NCBI GenBank assembly: GCA_900617105.1
Contig: UYFQ01000243.1
Location: 1 to 45,406 of the forward strand
Direction: 5' to 3'
From: Hydrurus foetidus
Taxonomy: Eukaryota
DNA length: 45,406 nucleotides
Below the pieces are notes generated by a model. That model was not told the origin of the DNA, did no database searches, and saw nothing but the letters and a program-made list of their open reading frames with translations. This document shows, piece by piece, positions 1 to 12,327 of the stretch; within the stretch, counting starts at the first letter, position 1, and each line of letters opens with the position of its first letter. A program made the translations under genes and the position numbers.

Positions 1-2940
1 TGAAGCTATTATGATGGTGGTTGATAACTGATTATCTGTAATCATTTTCTCATACATGTTCCTCCGCGCTTGCGAGCTCATTATGTCATTGAAATGGTGT
101 AATAAGTACTTATTTGCGCACGTAATCAAATGCTTCTTGAACTCTGGTAATGTCATAGCCACTTCTTCCATTTCTTTCTGAAATGAACCTGACCTCTCCT
201 GTTCACAATACATTTTTACTTTCACCACTACATTTATGACTGAACCATTCTCATCTTTGCAATCAAATTCGCAATCGCAGATTTTGTTTAAAGTGGATGT
301 CACAGCAGGGCTTGGCGCGGAGTCTGCGTCGACTGTGTTGTCGAACCTAGCCTTAACTCCACAGTCCGGACATTTCAGCTGACAACATTTCTTCTTGTAC
401 CAGCTGAAACCAGGAACATCTGACCTCAAAGGAAATTGTTGTGCTTGTCCTTCTTTCTTAAGTCTTTTTGTAGAGCCTGTATATGTGTTAAGAGCGGAAT
501 GATCAGTGCAGTGCAGTGCAATGCATATTGCAATACAGTGAAGAATGCAGTGCAGTACAGTACAGAGCGTGGTGCAGATTACACTGCAATACAGAGTACA
601 GTGCAGTGTAGTGCAGTGCAGTGCAGTGCAGTGCAGTGCAGTGCAGTGCAGAGCACACTACAGAGTGCAGTGTGAATTGCAGTGAGGAGTGCAGTGCGGC
701 GCAGTGAAGAGTGAATTACAGTGCAGAGTGCCGTGCATTACAGAGTGCAGTGCGGTGCAGTGCAGAGTGAATTGCAGTGAAGAGTGCAGTGCAGTACAGT
801 GAAGGGCGCAGTGCAGTGCAGTGCAGTGAGGTGCAGTGCAGTGCAGTGCAGTGCAGAGATGCAGTGCAGTGCAGTGCAGTGCAGTGCAGTGCAGTGCAGT
901 GCAGTGCAGTGCACTGCAGTGCAGTGCAGTGCAGAACAGTGCAGTGCAGAACAGACAAGGTGGAGTGCAGTGTAGTGCGGTGCAGAGTGCAGTGAGGTGT
1001 AATACAGAGTGCAGTGTGAATTGCAGTGAAGAGTGCAGTACAGTGAAGAGTACAGTGCAGTGTGAAGTGCAGTGCAGAGCACAATACAGAGTGCAGTGTG
1101 AATTGCAGTGAAGAGTGCAGTACAGTGAAGAGTGCAGTGCAGTGCAGTGTAGTGCAGTGCAGTGAATACCTTTTCTAGAACAACTTGCATTAAAGTTAGC
1201 ATTCTCCATGACTTTCTTTGCTTCTGCTGCTGCTAAATTAATTTTTATTTGTTTCTCTGTTTTAGATGCAAAAGACTCATATTCGGTATTACTGTCATGG
1301 ATATGGACAGCAAGCTCGTCGCGTTGAATTTTCGGGCAAAGAATGTATTCCAAAAAGTTAGTTGTTGTCTTAGATGCAGCTGAATATAGGGCCGCATTAC
1401 TTGTACCCTCTGCATGTAGCGGACATGGCGTATTCGCGCATCGCAATATTGATGCTCTCACGTTACGATCATTTTTTCGCATTAAGTTCCAAGATCTTAG
1501 ACACTGTTTAAACTCTGCAACTATTTGGTCTGCTGTATCCCTCTGTTTAGCCTTAGTCATGCATGGACAAATTAATTCGCGAAATCTTCTTAAAGATAAA
1601 TTCCTTCCACCATTGCTGTCCCTCTGTCTTGCCCCATACTCAGATTCTTTAAAATGAGCATACATTTCGGTAACGGTGTACTGATAAGAGCGTATGGGCT
1701 CGTACTCGCAACCACCCCCTGGCTGGTCGACTATAACTGATTGTTTGGACAGCTTCAAGGTATCTATACGACCTCCCCATTGGCTTTCGTGACAGAAACG
1801 TTGGATTTCTACACCAGTTATAGTATCAATCCTTACTTTTCTCGATCTAGATGATATACACCGACGATATCTGTTCCTATTCATTAGTTTTTGACCATTC
1901 ACTGCTCTTTTGCGTTCGAAAGATATTCCACTCAAGGAGGCTGTATCGTCTTGGTCATTGTTTCTGTTCATATCGTTGTTGTTTTCATCACTATGATCAC
2001 TATCATCATCGCCATCATTTACTGTGTCCGCTTCACTGTCCTCGTCATCATTACTCCCAACCTGAGCGCTATCATTTACACCTTCATCCGCAGGAATCTC
2101 ACCAATTGCTTTTGCTGTTTCGCAATCAAAAGCGGTGCGCATTTCCCTACCATGCTCAAGCACTCTCCTGGATAAGCCCGTTGCATCCATCAGTTTCTGG
2201 AATGAGATTTCTCCAGACACAGCAAGGGCAAGGTTTTCTTTGAACCTTATTGTCTCCCTGTCGTGCACACCAAACTTGTTCAATGACGTGACCAGTGCTC
2301 TCATGTTTGAAACAATCACTTCGTTATCATTACACATGAACATTCCATCGCTGAATCTTTTCTCTAGTCTCGTCATAACATCTTTCAAAACTTGATTTTG
2401 AAGTTCGTTGTTTGCTGATGGTATCTCAGTCTTGAGCAGTAATATCAACTTTGATTCGATGCTTCTTGAATACTTTGCCAAAGTTGCTGGTGAATAGGAT
2501 GCTTTTTGCGATATCCTACATCTCTTCAGCGAAGGAGTTTCCGTGGGAACTGCGACCTCGCATTCATTCTCGTGCTCAGGAGTCACAGCACGTGGTAATT
2601 TGACCGTTGGTGTTTGCTGAATTAGACTATGAAACTGCAGCTCTCTAATGCTAGCTGGAGATGCTGTCAAATTGAAGGTGAACTTTCTACTCGAGTTAGT
2701 TAAGTTTCTGTCCCAAGAAACATCCAAAAGATTCCTGAATCCACTTGCCAATGGATCTTTGCGGATGAATTCATCATACTCCACCAGAAGAAGGTCATCA
2801 ACAATATCCCCATGTGACATGACCTTCCTCAAAGTTGCTGTGACACGCCCTTCAGACGTCGTCAATTTGGCGATTTCAGCGGCATACCTGACCTTCTGAA
2901 GGTTGACGTAGCAGCGCAATAGATCAGAAAGATTTGCCAT
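1..2940 (-). CDS. Spliced DNA-transposase-like gene (Sola-like DDD family, tentative), 3' end runs off the window
   Basis: Exon 1 2940-1170, GT-AG intron 1169-477 (AAAG|GTATTC ... ATACAG|GCTCT), exon 2 476-1 open to the edge: ...CCQLKCPDCG...KYLLHHFNDIMSSQARRN...TTIIIAS. The motif order (EMYAHF..SLRRFREL.P, CxxxxCxxCG, H-F...Q, hydrophobic strand before the expected first catalytic Asp) matches DF(S/A)ENY-type transposases as I recall them. The CTALH tail of the track ORF is intron read-through. Confidence 0.6.
504..1165. repeat. Degenerate (TGCAG)n pentanucleotide array filling the intron
   Basis: Long runs of gtgca/gcagt seen directly. Confidence 0.95.
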
Positions 2941-3103
2941 TCAAGTAGCACTTCGCGGAGATGTAAGTTGAAATGAAGTGGGTGCAATGTACAGTTGATA
3001 AGGTGTCAAATATTTGAAATTTTGAATTATTTTGAATTAATTCAGAGTTTCTTAAATTCCACGGTTGAGTGAGGGGTCATGTCACAATATCCGTTCTGGT
3101 GCA

Positions 3104-3625
3104 CACGTTTAATCTGGACCCACCCCTATACACGACAATTAACTGACCGTACAGTCGGAAGCTCCTATAGTCGACAATTGTGTATGGGGGAAACGCCAGC
3201 TGTATCACACACTTCGCATCATTCAAAATAGGATTTCCAACCACATACATGTGTTCGTTTATAGTAAAGGAAGAATTCCATGTGGTTGGAATTCTTTATT
3301 TCAACCTCTGGGAAAAGTTAATAGAGGGCAAAGTTGAGTGGTGGCGAATCTCGTGGGATTAGTATGGTGAAAAATCAAGACGTCCCAGTTAGAGAGTACA
3401 TTGTCGGCCTCTAAACAGAGGGCCGACAGTGTATTTATCCGGGTTTTTCAAGAATTTACCCGGTTTTATCTACACCAACTTTTTTTTTTCTCGTGGGACT
3501 TTTGTCGACTGTAGGAGCTTCCGACTGTACTGGAAACTGAAAACAGTACGGTCAGTTAATTGTCGTGTATAGGGGTGGGTCCAGATTAAACGTGGACCTG
3601 GAATAAATGAAGAGCCTTGAAATGC
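3104..3625. mobile_element. Palindromic MITE family A, copy 1 (interrupted by a nested MITE)
   Basis: Arms 3104-3151 and 3547-3594 are exact reverse complements (cacgtttaatctggacccacccctatacacgacaattaactgaccgta); related copies at 17964, 19676 and 27005. Confidence 0.85.
3152..3527. mobile_element. Tc1/mariner-type MITE (376 bp) nested in MITE A
   Basis: 26-bp TIRs cagtcggaagctcct(a/)tagtcgacaa-type with 1 mismatch (3152-3177, 3502-3527); TA on both sides (3150-3151, 3528-3529); internal hairpin 3397-3433. Confidence 0.9.
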
Positions 3626-5121
3626 TTCCAATTTCTTAGAAACGATACGGTCGATCATCGACTGAACCGCAACCCGCCCACACGACACGCGTCTCTACGC
3701 TATACTGCACGTACTATCTTGCTGTACCGTACAGTACTTCTTACGTGTTCTGTTGAGTGTTCTTGAACTACTTACTTCAATTCAAGGGTATCCGACAATG
3801 TTGTAACGCTCATCACTCTACCTTCAGTACATCAGCTCCGCAGTTTTCCTCTTTTCTTCTGCTCATGTTTTTCTCCTGTTGAATACTAAGATATTACGGG
3901 CATTACCAGAACAGAATACTATTTCCGAGAATGCAAACAAACCTAATGTGGGAAGGAAATAGAGATTCGCACCGTGCTCAAACTCAAACCTATTCTCATT
4001 TTTTATTTTGGACATTTTAATCAGTATTGGGTTTTGGCAATACAAGGCATAAAAATATCCTGATGGTGAAAATTAGTAACTTACATAGATACCCCAGAAA
4101 ACGAAAATAAAAAATGGCGTTTTTATTTTTACATATGAAGTGTGAATCAATTATTTAAATTTCAAAAACGAGAGAGGTAGAGAGGAGGTAAGAAAGAATA
4201 AAGTAAAGCGAAACAAATAATAACTCTGTGTAATCTAGATCAACAAGTGGTGTGCTAAACAACAAGAAAGTACTAATGGAGACAAAATGTTAAATACATG
4301 AGTAGGCATATATTGAAATTTCGTTCTAACATATATTTGATGCATGCGTGTAAGTTGGGTTTAACTACCCGTGATGTAGAGAAAGAGGTAGAGAAACATG
4401 TGGAGAAGGGGGTAGCGTAGAGTGTAGAGAAGCAATAGCAAGCAAAGCTGGAGGGATCTTGGACCTCTCATTCCAACAGCATTGCCTCAACGGACTTTAC
4501 GACCAACAGTCCGGATACATTTAAATATTTTTTTAGCTGGGGTAGGAAGGAATTTGTGGAAGAAAAAGGAGTTGGGATGAGATGAGATGAGATAAAAGGG
4601 TTGAGATGAGAAGAGGGGATGTAGAAAAGGAAGAATGGTAAGTACAAATAAGATATAGAAAAGGATGTATGCAAGAAGATAGAAAGTAAGTTAGTGAGAA
4701 TGAAGTGAAGTAAGAATAATGGTAATAGTCAATGGAGTGGTGGTCAGACAGGAGAATTTTTTAAAATGCGAGTCACGCACTTTCCTTCTTACAACATGGG
4801 TACTAGGTGTGCGAGGAGAGAAGAGGAACGATTTTAATAAATTGCTTTTTATCCTACTATTTCGGACACACACTGTAGAGCTACTTGTCAGTACAATGCA
4901 AAGAAATGCAGCCATTACATTGTATTGCACTTCTTCAAAACCATTCGTACATTCAGTTCAAACAGTTTAACATGAAGGGCTTTCATTCTAACGTCTCTAG
5001 AACGTCTACGAATATTGCCGCACATCCCCTTCATTATTGATTAGTTTTGCTTTTTTCCTTTTTGTACTGATATCAAATTCCTTTTCCATGATTATTTCTA
5101 TTTTAAATTTCATTTTCAGGT

Positions 5122-6924
5122 TTAGATTCTCTCTCCTCTAATCTGAACTTTCATCGCCAAGGGATAGTATGCGTTGGAGGCTTCATCCCATTTGAAAGTT
5201 ACGCCTTCTGACACGATTATATCAGATTCATGAGCCTCTTCTTCAACTTCTGCAACTTTTATTTCTCTTTTCTCCATCACTTGCACGGGCTGTTGTGGTA
5301 CACGTGCCGCATTTTTATTTGGTATTTTCATTTTATCAATAATTCTTCTAAAATCATACGCACAGCACGATTTCAGTGCGTTGGAGGCGGAAGACCTCCG
5401 TGTCTGTGCCTGTGTCTGTAAAGGAGCAGGAGTGGCAGTAGTAGTAGGTGCAGATTGTGTGACTGACGGGTCATACTCCACGTCAGCAGGGGCCTCGCAG
5501 TACTGGCCCTTGTACGGATTCCAATAGTAAAACACCCCCTCCATGTTGACAGTGTGGGGCACCCAGGAATCTTCCACCTTGCTGGCAGTCGGCATTTCTG
5601 AGCCGAGGAATGTTATCGGAACAGGAATGTTCGTTGGAGAACGTGCGGCAGAGCAGCATCCGGAAGACCCAGCAGAGTACGTCATGTCAATGTCACCCAC
5701 AGTATCCGACACAGGGGTGAACTTTACCGGTGTGATTGGGGATGGAGGTGCTATGCGCTTGAGAGATAATGGACGGTTGGGAGAGATGGCGGGGAGGAGG
5801 GATACTGGGGAGGTGATGCGGGGAGATACGCAGGGAGAGTGGGATGGGGAGGAGACCCGTGTGGATGACAGAGGAGTCAGAGACGTGATGGTGTCATCCT
5901 CCGCACTCTTCGGAAACATTGGGCTCTCCTGATCAGTAAGTGCTGTATTGATGCCGAGTGGCGAGTCCTGGAGTAGCCCCTCCGTGAATACTGTGTTCGC
6001 GTAGGAGTTTTCTCTCTCGACAATATTCACCTCTCTTCTCAACAGAGGCATTGACTCGCCCAGCGTGTCGTTGGACAGAAATACGGAGATCTTGTGCAAT
6101 CCAAACACATGGTCGTCATTCTTATATCCATGCCCCTTGGCTACAGTCACTGTGACAGCGATGTATGCTTTTCCATCCTCTCCTTGCAGAGCTACAGCTG
6201 TTGTGTTGATCGATGGTCTACCCTCTTTCTCACCGTACACTCCAGTGGATAGCACGACAGGTTTCCCGTTGCTCTCTGCAAGCAGTCTTTCAAGTGTTCT
6301 GATGGATGAACTGAGATCAGCGCCATCTTGCGATAGGCCCAGAAGCTCGCTTAATTTATACACATGCGTAGATCCGATGCCGAATGTCTCTGCTGAGTTC
6401 TTCCTTGGCGGAGAAATAGGCCATACCGAGTCCATCTGCTTAATTCTGCACTGAGCGGCCTTAACGGATTCGTTGACTTCCTCTTTAGTAGCAGCCTTCT
6501 GCATGACGATTTTTTCCCAGTCACCGATAATACTCTGGACTTTACCCGATCCATCGGTCATCTTAAAAGGGGTGTTCGTCTCCTTCCGCGTATGATCTAT
6601 TTTGTCATTGATTGTAACTTTCGATGCATTCAGTACAGCATCCCAAGCACCCAGTAAAGAACCAACTCTCTTCGGTGGTGTTTTGACGGCTTTTTCGTCT
6701 TGAATTGGTTCAAGGACCTCGGCAATTGGAAGAGGCTCAGTTACCTCTTTCCGCAGGCGCTCCAAATCACCTTGCCTAGATGGATCGTTCTTCAGCTTCC
6801 GTAAGCGTTCTAAGCTTAATTCTTTTTGAAGGTCGACATGTTCACCAGTACGCCGCCTCATTAAGGATTCTTCATTAGATGGCGTTCCCTCATCGCCAGC
6901 CGCATCGTCTGGTTTCACACTCAT
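5122..6924 (-). CDS. 600-aa single-exon protein, S/P-rich, with a WW-like motif; function unknown
   Basis: Long non-repetitive ORF with AAAATG start context; WVPHTVNMEGVFYYWNPYKGQYCEAP resembles a WW domain (second Trp not conserved). Confidence 0.75.
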   Translation of the reverse strand: MSVKPDDAAGDEGTPSNEESLMRRRTGEHVDLQKELSLERLRKLKNDPSRQGDLERLRKEVTEPLPIAEVLEPIQDEKAVKTPPKRVGSLLGAWDAVLNASKVTINDKIDHTRKETNTPFKMTDGSGKVQSIIGDWEKIVMQKAATKEEVNESVKAAQCRIKQMDSVWPISPPRKNSAETFGIGSTHVYKLSELLGLSQDGADLSSSIRTLERLLAESNGKPVVLSTGVYGEKEGRPSINTTAVALQGEDGKAYIAVTVTVAKGHGYKNDDHVFGLHKISVFLSNDTLGESMPLLRREVNIVERENSYANTVFTEGLLQDSPLGINTALTDQESPMFPKSAEDDTITSLTPLSSTRVSSPSHSPCVSPRITSPVSLLPAISPNRPLSLKRIAPPSPITPVKFTPVSDTVGDIDMTYSAGSSGCCSAARSPTNIPVPITFLGSEMPTASKVEDSWVPHTVNMEGVFYYWNPYKGQYCEAPADVEYDPSVTQSAPTTTATPAPLQTQAQTRRSSASNALKSCCAYDFRRIIDKMKIPNKNAARVPQQPVQVMEKREIKVAEVEEEAHESDIIVSEGVTFKWDEASNAYYPLAMKVQIRGERI

Positions 6925-7856
6925 TTTGATTCCTCTAGCGATTCACTTCGTTTCAACTGAGAGCTCCAATGTCTGATGAGATACTGCAATGATAATCAGA
7001 GTAAGCCCATTTGCGCGTGAGGATACGGCCGTGAGAGGTGCGAGATGCAAGAAAGGTTCAACGAACAGTTCGAACTGCCAAAGATCAAGTCTGGGGTATT
7101 TTCGTAAATTGTACTCAACTCCTCAATATTTTGATGGGAGAAAATCACTGTTTTCCTTCGTCTCCATTTCGTCCACATCATCGGGTTATTTTCTATAACG
7201 GGTATACAGGAAGAAAAGTAATCATCTGCCGTGGGTTTTCAAGTCCCGTAGATTTGATGGAATTTCAAAACAATTATCCCAACGTGAAAGCTATCTCAAT
7301 GTCGCGATGATAGGATTGCCTTCAACAAAAATCGAGTCCAATCAAAGCTTACAAAATCATGCACACCTATTCCTTTCGCCAAAGACGTGTCTTCATAATT
7401 CGACATAATATCGTCACTCCCAAGACATGAGCGGAAGAAAGTGAGTAGGTATGGATGCTGGTTGTTACAATACTGCTCTATGAATTGTGATGATATTCTA
7501 ATTGAGCAGTGCTGACTCACTTCATCCCGCTACACTACGCCAATTATTCTGACAAAAGATAATTATGCAATGAGTCATAACATGTTCATTTACCATCTGC
7601 GTAGATTGAGCCTCGTTGCTACGGTCGATACTGGCTATTAGTAAGGCATCTTTATTGGATAATAATAGTCTCGAAGATTCTGCTCTGCTGAGAACATTCC
7701 ACAGCATGGACGTGCGTACGTGCAGTACAGCAGCACTGCGCAGATCGGATAGCCCAGTGATCAGAACGAGAGCATTTTAAGTATCGGTGGTAGCGGTTCC
7801 TGTCCCTGTAGGAGCAACTTCAGGTGTGTGAATATCGCGATGATGATGTCGCGATA

Positions 7857-9969
7857 CGGGCTGGTGCCGCCAAGAGTGGGAAAATTCCTTTTTTCACGGA
7901 AACGGGAAAAAATGAAAAAACACCTAATCTTCTTGAAAACCCAGACTCTTACCGTACACTTCATTGAGTTCGTACGGGACTTCTCAACTCTGCTTCTCTG
8001 AATCGTGGTTACATTCAGTGCTCCAACACGACAGCAAAGCATATCCATTTCTGTAGCCGCATGGCTTCTGGCGACTGATTCGTGGTCTGGAACACTCAAC
8101 TTATCAGGTAACTTATTTGCAGGCTGCTTTGAGCTTCCAAAATCGTTTCCCGGCGCTTCGCCACAATCTCAATCAGAGACGATTTTTTCTGATCCTTCGA
8201 TTCGTTTCTCCCAATCGATTCAGGTCATCTCCTTTGAAAGGATCGGACTCTGAGGTGTCGTGATGGGGCTTCGAGTGAAATTTTGGTCCTGGAAGGTGAC
8301 AGTAATGTCATTTTGCAAATTGTGTCATCATTTTGGATGCATACATTTCGGCAACTAAATCATCATGTGCCACAGTCAATAAATTGATTGAGCTGCTGAA
8401 ACTTTGCACCTGATATGCTGTTGGGTCCTAAACAGTTTCCATAAACTGTGTCCCGCTGAATATGAGCACGAATGATTATCGGTCATTTTATTTTTACCCT
8501 GTTAGTTTTAGGTTACATTTGAAATGCATGAAAGATGCTGCTCCCTTCAGAGAAAGTAGATTCTGAGATCCTAATAAGTGTTTCAAATCTTATTGTAGGC
8601 TGGAGCAGTCAGCTTTCAGGGGCAAAGATGGAAATCCTGGCTATCAGTGGAAAAAATCATCTTCTCCACTGATAGCTGGGTGGTGAAAGAGGTTAGCACT
8701 CAGAAGAGGTGCACCTTCCAAAGAAAATATTACAAGCGAGCTCTCGTTAGATATCTTTGAATAGATGGGTACACTTTATTGTTTACTTTACAGTTGACAA
8801 AATGCGATAAACTTTGAAGAGTTTCACTCATCTTGAACATATTTCCTATCTATTTCCATGATGTTTCGATGAGTTTTCTGAATGGTTCTCATCGTCTCAA
8901 TTTCTTTAAATGTTAGTGCTGTCCTACCCTGTCGCTGATTCACTTGGAGATACAGCCGAATGTAATCCCTGGCGCGCCGCTGGAATTTCCATACTCTATC
9001 CATGGGTAAAACAGACCTATCATTGCACAAAATCTTCACCCTCTCGATAAACTTGACTCCGGCTTCAAGCTTCACTGCTGCGTCGTTTTGTTTTCTTTGT
9101 TCAAACTTCAACTTACCCCACGCATACTCTATTCCACCCCCCGCTGTTTCAGGAGTGCACACTACTGAAGGAAGTAGAATATGCCCCCGACGCTCTATGA
9201 CACTCTGTAGAGCCGTCCTTTCGTACTGGAAGTCAGGGCAGGAATTCAGAACAGCGTGCGCATCAAGATGATCCGGTAAGATTTTATGTGCCGTACCAGC
9301 AACAATGTGTTTCTCTTTGATTGCAGCAGATTGTCTTCCTTGCATTCCAGGAACATACAGTCCTCTTTCATAGAGAATCTAAATGCGGACAGGAGAATGA
9401 TGGATTTCTATCAGTGGAGAAATAGTAGACTATATATTAATTGCTGTCGAAGTTGGGTACCTGTTTGATTCCTTTATTGCGTTTTTCGAATCGTGTCTCG
9501 ATAGGCACTGGCATATGTGGGGTAGCCTCGAACATAGACTTTCTTAAGGTTCTTTACGAGCCTTCCGTGCGTCTTTGCTTCGATTCTGAACTGCGATCTA
9601 TCCTCGTAGACACTAAACGATCGCTTATTATGGGTTGCCATGTCTTTGTCGAAACGCTGCAATTTCTTGGATGCGTTTCAGTCAGATGTAAATAGACCAA
9701 AATGTTCAGCTGCACTTCTGCTACAATCTCACGACTGCACGATAGCAATGATATTGATATTAGCAAAGTTAGAGCCTGGAGAAGATTGCTTTGTTCAAGT
9801 TTTCTGCTTTTTATTTTGAAATTTCAAATTTTTTGGCTATCGTGCAGTCGCTGCTAGGTAGAGAAGATGATTTCGGTTCTTTTGAGCCGTCAATGAGCCA
9901 AAACCGTCCGACAAAAAAATTGCAAGCTGTCACGGAAAAATTCATACGGGTCTCGGCGGCACCAGCCTG
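7857..9969 (-). mobile_element. Tc1/mariner (IS630-like) DNA transposon, internally deleted, 2113 bp
   Basis: TIRs cgggctggtgccgccaaga / caggctggtgccgccgaga (17/19), TA at 7855-7856 and 9970-9971; transposase remnant inside. Confidence 0.8.
8824..9553 (-). pseudogene. C-terminal half of an IS630/Tc1-like DDE transposase with an intron
   Basis: Splicing of intron 9460-9379 gives KGIKQ|ILYERGLY...PDFQYE..LQ..IE.RGH...TPE...GIEYAWGKLK, typical of this family; in-frame TAA at 9556-9554 and too little room upstream for a complete N-terminus. Confidence 0.75.
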
Positions 9970-10287
9970 TAGTCTCATCCTTGATTAGAAATACCCTCAT
10001 CAGGAAAAGACGATACAGGATGATTTTCCCGTAAGAGTAGGAGTGTCAGAAAAGAAGAGGAGACCAAAGCGCTCTGACATTGCCCAGTGCGACACAACAG
10101 GATTCGATTGGTCATAAAACTCTCATCTCGCATTGTATGGCAGCAAGCTCAGATAGAAAATTAATCGAAGTGCTATGTAGATCCTTGATGCGCTGCTGTC
10201 GTAGAGGAATGATCTAAGTCGGGCAGGACAATCAATGCAGTGCAGTGGAGTGCAGTGCTGTAGAGTGAAGCATGTACTGGGATAGAG

Positions 10288-11209
10288 TCAAAGGTCGTCG
10301 ATTTCCCCAACAGCTAAAGGAATCCTCCGCACAGAAACTTTCCCAACTATCGCATTCGTGCTCCGGAGAAAATCGCTGACAGATATTCCTAATTTAACAT
10401 CAACCTTCCCTCCTCCCATGAACACATATGGTGGTCTGACATCAAGACAACGCCTGCATATGACAATAGGTAGCTCAGTCAAGAGACCGAAAGGCGACAC
10501 AGCATTGTGGTCAAAACCGCCGAGAGCGTTGCTGACATCCTGTGAAGCCAGCTGGAAGTGAAACCGCTTTCGAGGCAATCTGCTGTCAGGTGCCCTGAGA
10601 CTATGTACTAAATCACGAAGCAGTTCCGCATCAAATTTGGCTGTCATTCATTAAGTGGAGATTATTGATTAGCGTATAATATCGAATGAATTGCAGACTG
10701 TTCAGTTGTTAGATGATGTCGCGTGACAGACCTTCATATTGAACCAACACCAAATAAAATCGCGAGTTGGTAGGATCTCCAGATTCGCAGTTATTCTCTT
10801 GCACCCACGCAGTATTCTCAAATATAATGCTCTTACAGAGTTGTGGTGTGGTACAGTTGAGGAGTTTTGCCCGCTCCAGTAATGATTTCTCGTAGTAGTC
10901 AGGTGCAACATTCAGGAATACAGAGCTGTATACTTTTTTGGTTGCGAGATCTTTCTTCACACGGTCCAAAGGGTCCACCTCTCGTGAGAAGTAAAGATTC
11001 GACACCCTCAATTCCGCAGCAGATAGCCGAAGCAGAAGTTTATCCATGGAATCGACTTTTAACGAATCATTGACCGCAATCTGAGGCAGCATCTTCGCAC
11101 AACGGTCATGAAACGCCTCCGATGTTAAGTCACCAATTGACAAGCTCTCTGTTGCCGATGAGAGACTGGTTTCGTCAACCAGATTCACCTTGAGGCTTGC
11201 TAGTTCCAT
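10288..11209 (-). CDS. YbaK/ProX-type aminoacyl-tRNA editing domain protein (2 exons)
   Basis: Exons 11209-10732 and 10640-10288 (intron 10731-10641); motifs YY..SL.ERA..L...QLCKSIIFEN, LVLVQYEAKF, GFDHNAVSPFG, MGGGKVDVKL. Confidence 0.88.
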
Positions 11210-11389
11210 CTGCAAATTTTTCAAGTCTTACGTGATGAAAAATTGATCACTTCGACTGGAAAGTGGAGAAGATCGATCTCTTCTCTCTTCGTCTCTCTCG
11301 AATCTGGACGGCTATTTATACCGTCATTCGGTACCTATCGGTATGCTTCTCCCCTGCGCAAAGCACAGTAGTTCTCCAGTTCTCCAAGG

Positions 11390-11670
11390 ACCCTTTGCAC
11401 GGTCAGCGCATCAATTTCCGTCCAGCACGTACGGTGTTTTGGTATGGTGTTTTTAATTTGTGTGTACGTTCACTTTCGTCTGTTCTCGGAATTTCGAGGT
11501 TTGAAAATCGCAAATCTCAAAATCCGAGACGGAGGTCGGGTAAAGGAGTGCAGTACGAATCTATTTCTGTGATTTCCAGCGTGATCTGATGTAAATTCGT
11601 GAAGTTCTGTGTTCCTTAAAATCCTGGACGACCTTGGGCGGGGGTTGGATGCGCTGACCGTGCAAAGGGT
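11390..11670. mobile_element. MITE (~281 bp) between divergent genes
   Basis: Perfect inverted repeat ggaccctttgcacggtcagcgcatc (11388-11412 / 11648-11672); ccaagg directly repeated on both sides (11384-11389, 11671-11676). Confidence 0.85.
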
Positions 11671-11871
11671 CCAAGGTCCAAGCGCAATTTCGAAAGGAAC
11701 CTTCTCGGAGATCGACTGAAACTGAAATGTCCTGACACGAAGTAGCCGACGTATTTTACAGCGTATCCTACTCAGGTCAAAGGTTATAATTCAAAGATAT
11801 TCGGTTGTTCACTAGGGATTTGTCACAGCGATCACCTTCAGTATCCTCTCTCGAAGCAGCAGCTGAAAAAG

Positions 11872-12327
11872 ATGTCACTTATAAATCCTATCCTCCGTGC
11901 CCGAAATCCTTTATCGCGGAAGCTACCATCGATGTCTAAATATTCATCTGAGGCGACTGTGACGGCAAATTTTATGCACTATTTTCCTGTTGTTGGAGTA
12001 GCTGTCGGTCTGACGGCCCTAACCTTTCAAGTTCTTGTGCTTTACCCATGGCATGAAACGATTTCAGATGACTTCCAGGCTCTCGAGGTAAGCATAACTC
12101 CAGGCTGTATTGATTCCGTATTCGATAACATGCGCAGCTCATAGCAGCCCAATTTTCATCAGGCTGTTACGAGACGCATCGAGAAAACGGAAACGAAATT
12201 GGAAGAAAAATTGGATATCATTATGCGCATGGAGGATGAAGTAAAGGCGAAAGAGAGAAAGATCCTTGTCATGCAGGCTGAAATTCTCTCGAAGCTAGAC
12301 GCTATTTTGACCTCGAAAGAAACGTGA
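11872..12327 (+). CDS. Small single-TM + coiled-coil protein, possibly mitochondrial (2 exons, 126 aa)
   Basis: Exons 11872-12087 and 12163-12327 join in frame (GAG|GTAAG ... CATCAG|GCT); R/S-rich N-terminus, TM ending in FQVLVLYPWH, then coiled coil. Confidence 0.8.

Noticed and set aside
436..1202. Cys/His-rich ORFs (CTALH, CSAVQ repeats) and the C-terminus of the 760-aa ORF
   Set aside because: Translation of the intronic TGCAG array; open in several frames on both strands
4440..4540. Possible retroelement C-terminal relic (GNA motif) on the minus strand
   Set aside because: Too short and interrupted by a stop to support
6989..7707. Short ORFs upstream of the WW-motif gene
   Set aside because: No recognisable motifs or consistent splice model
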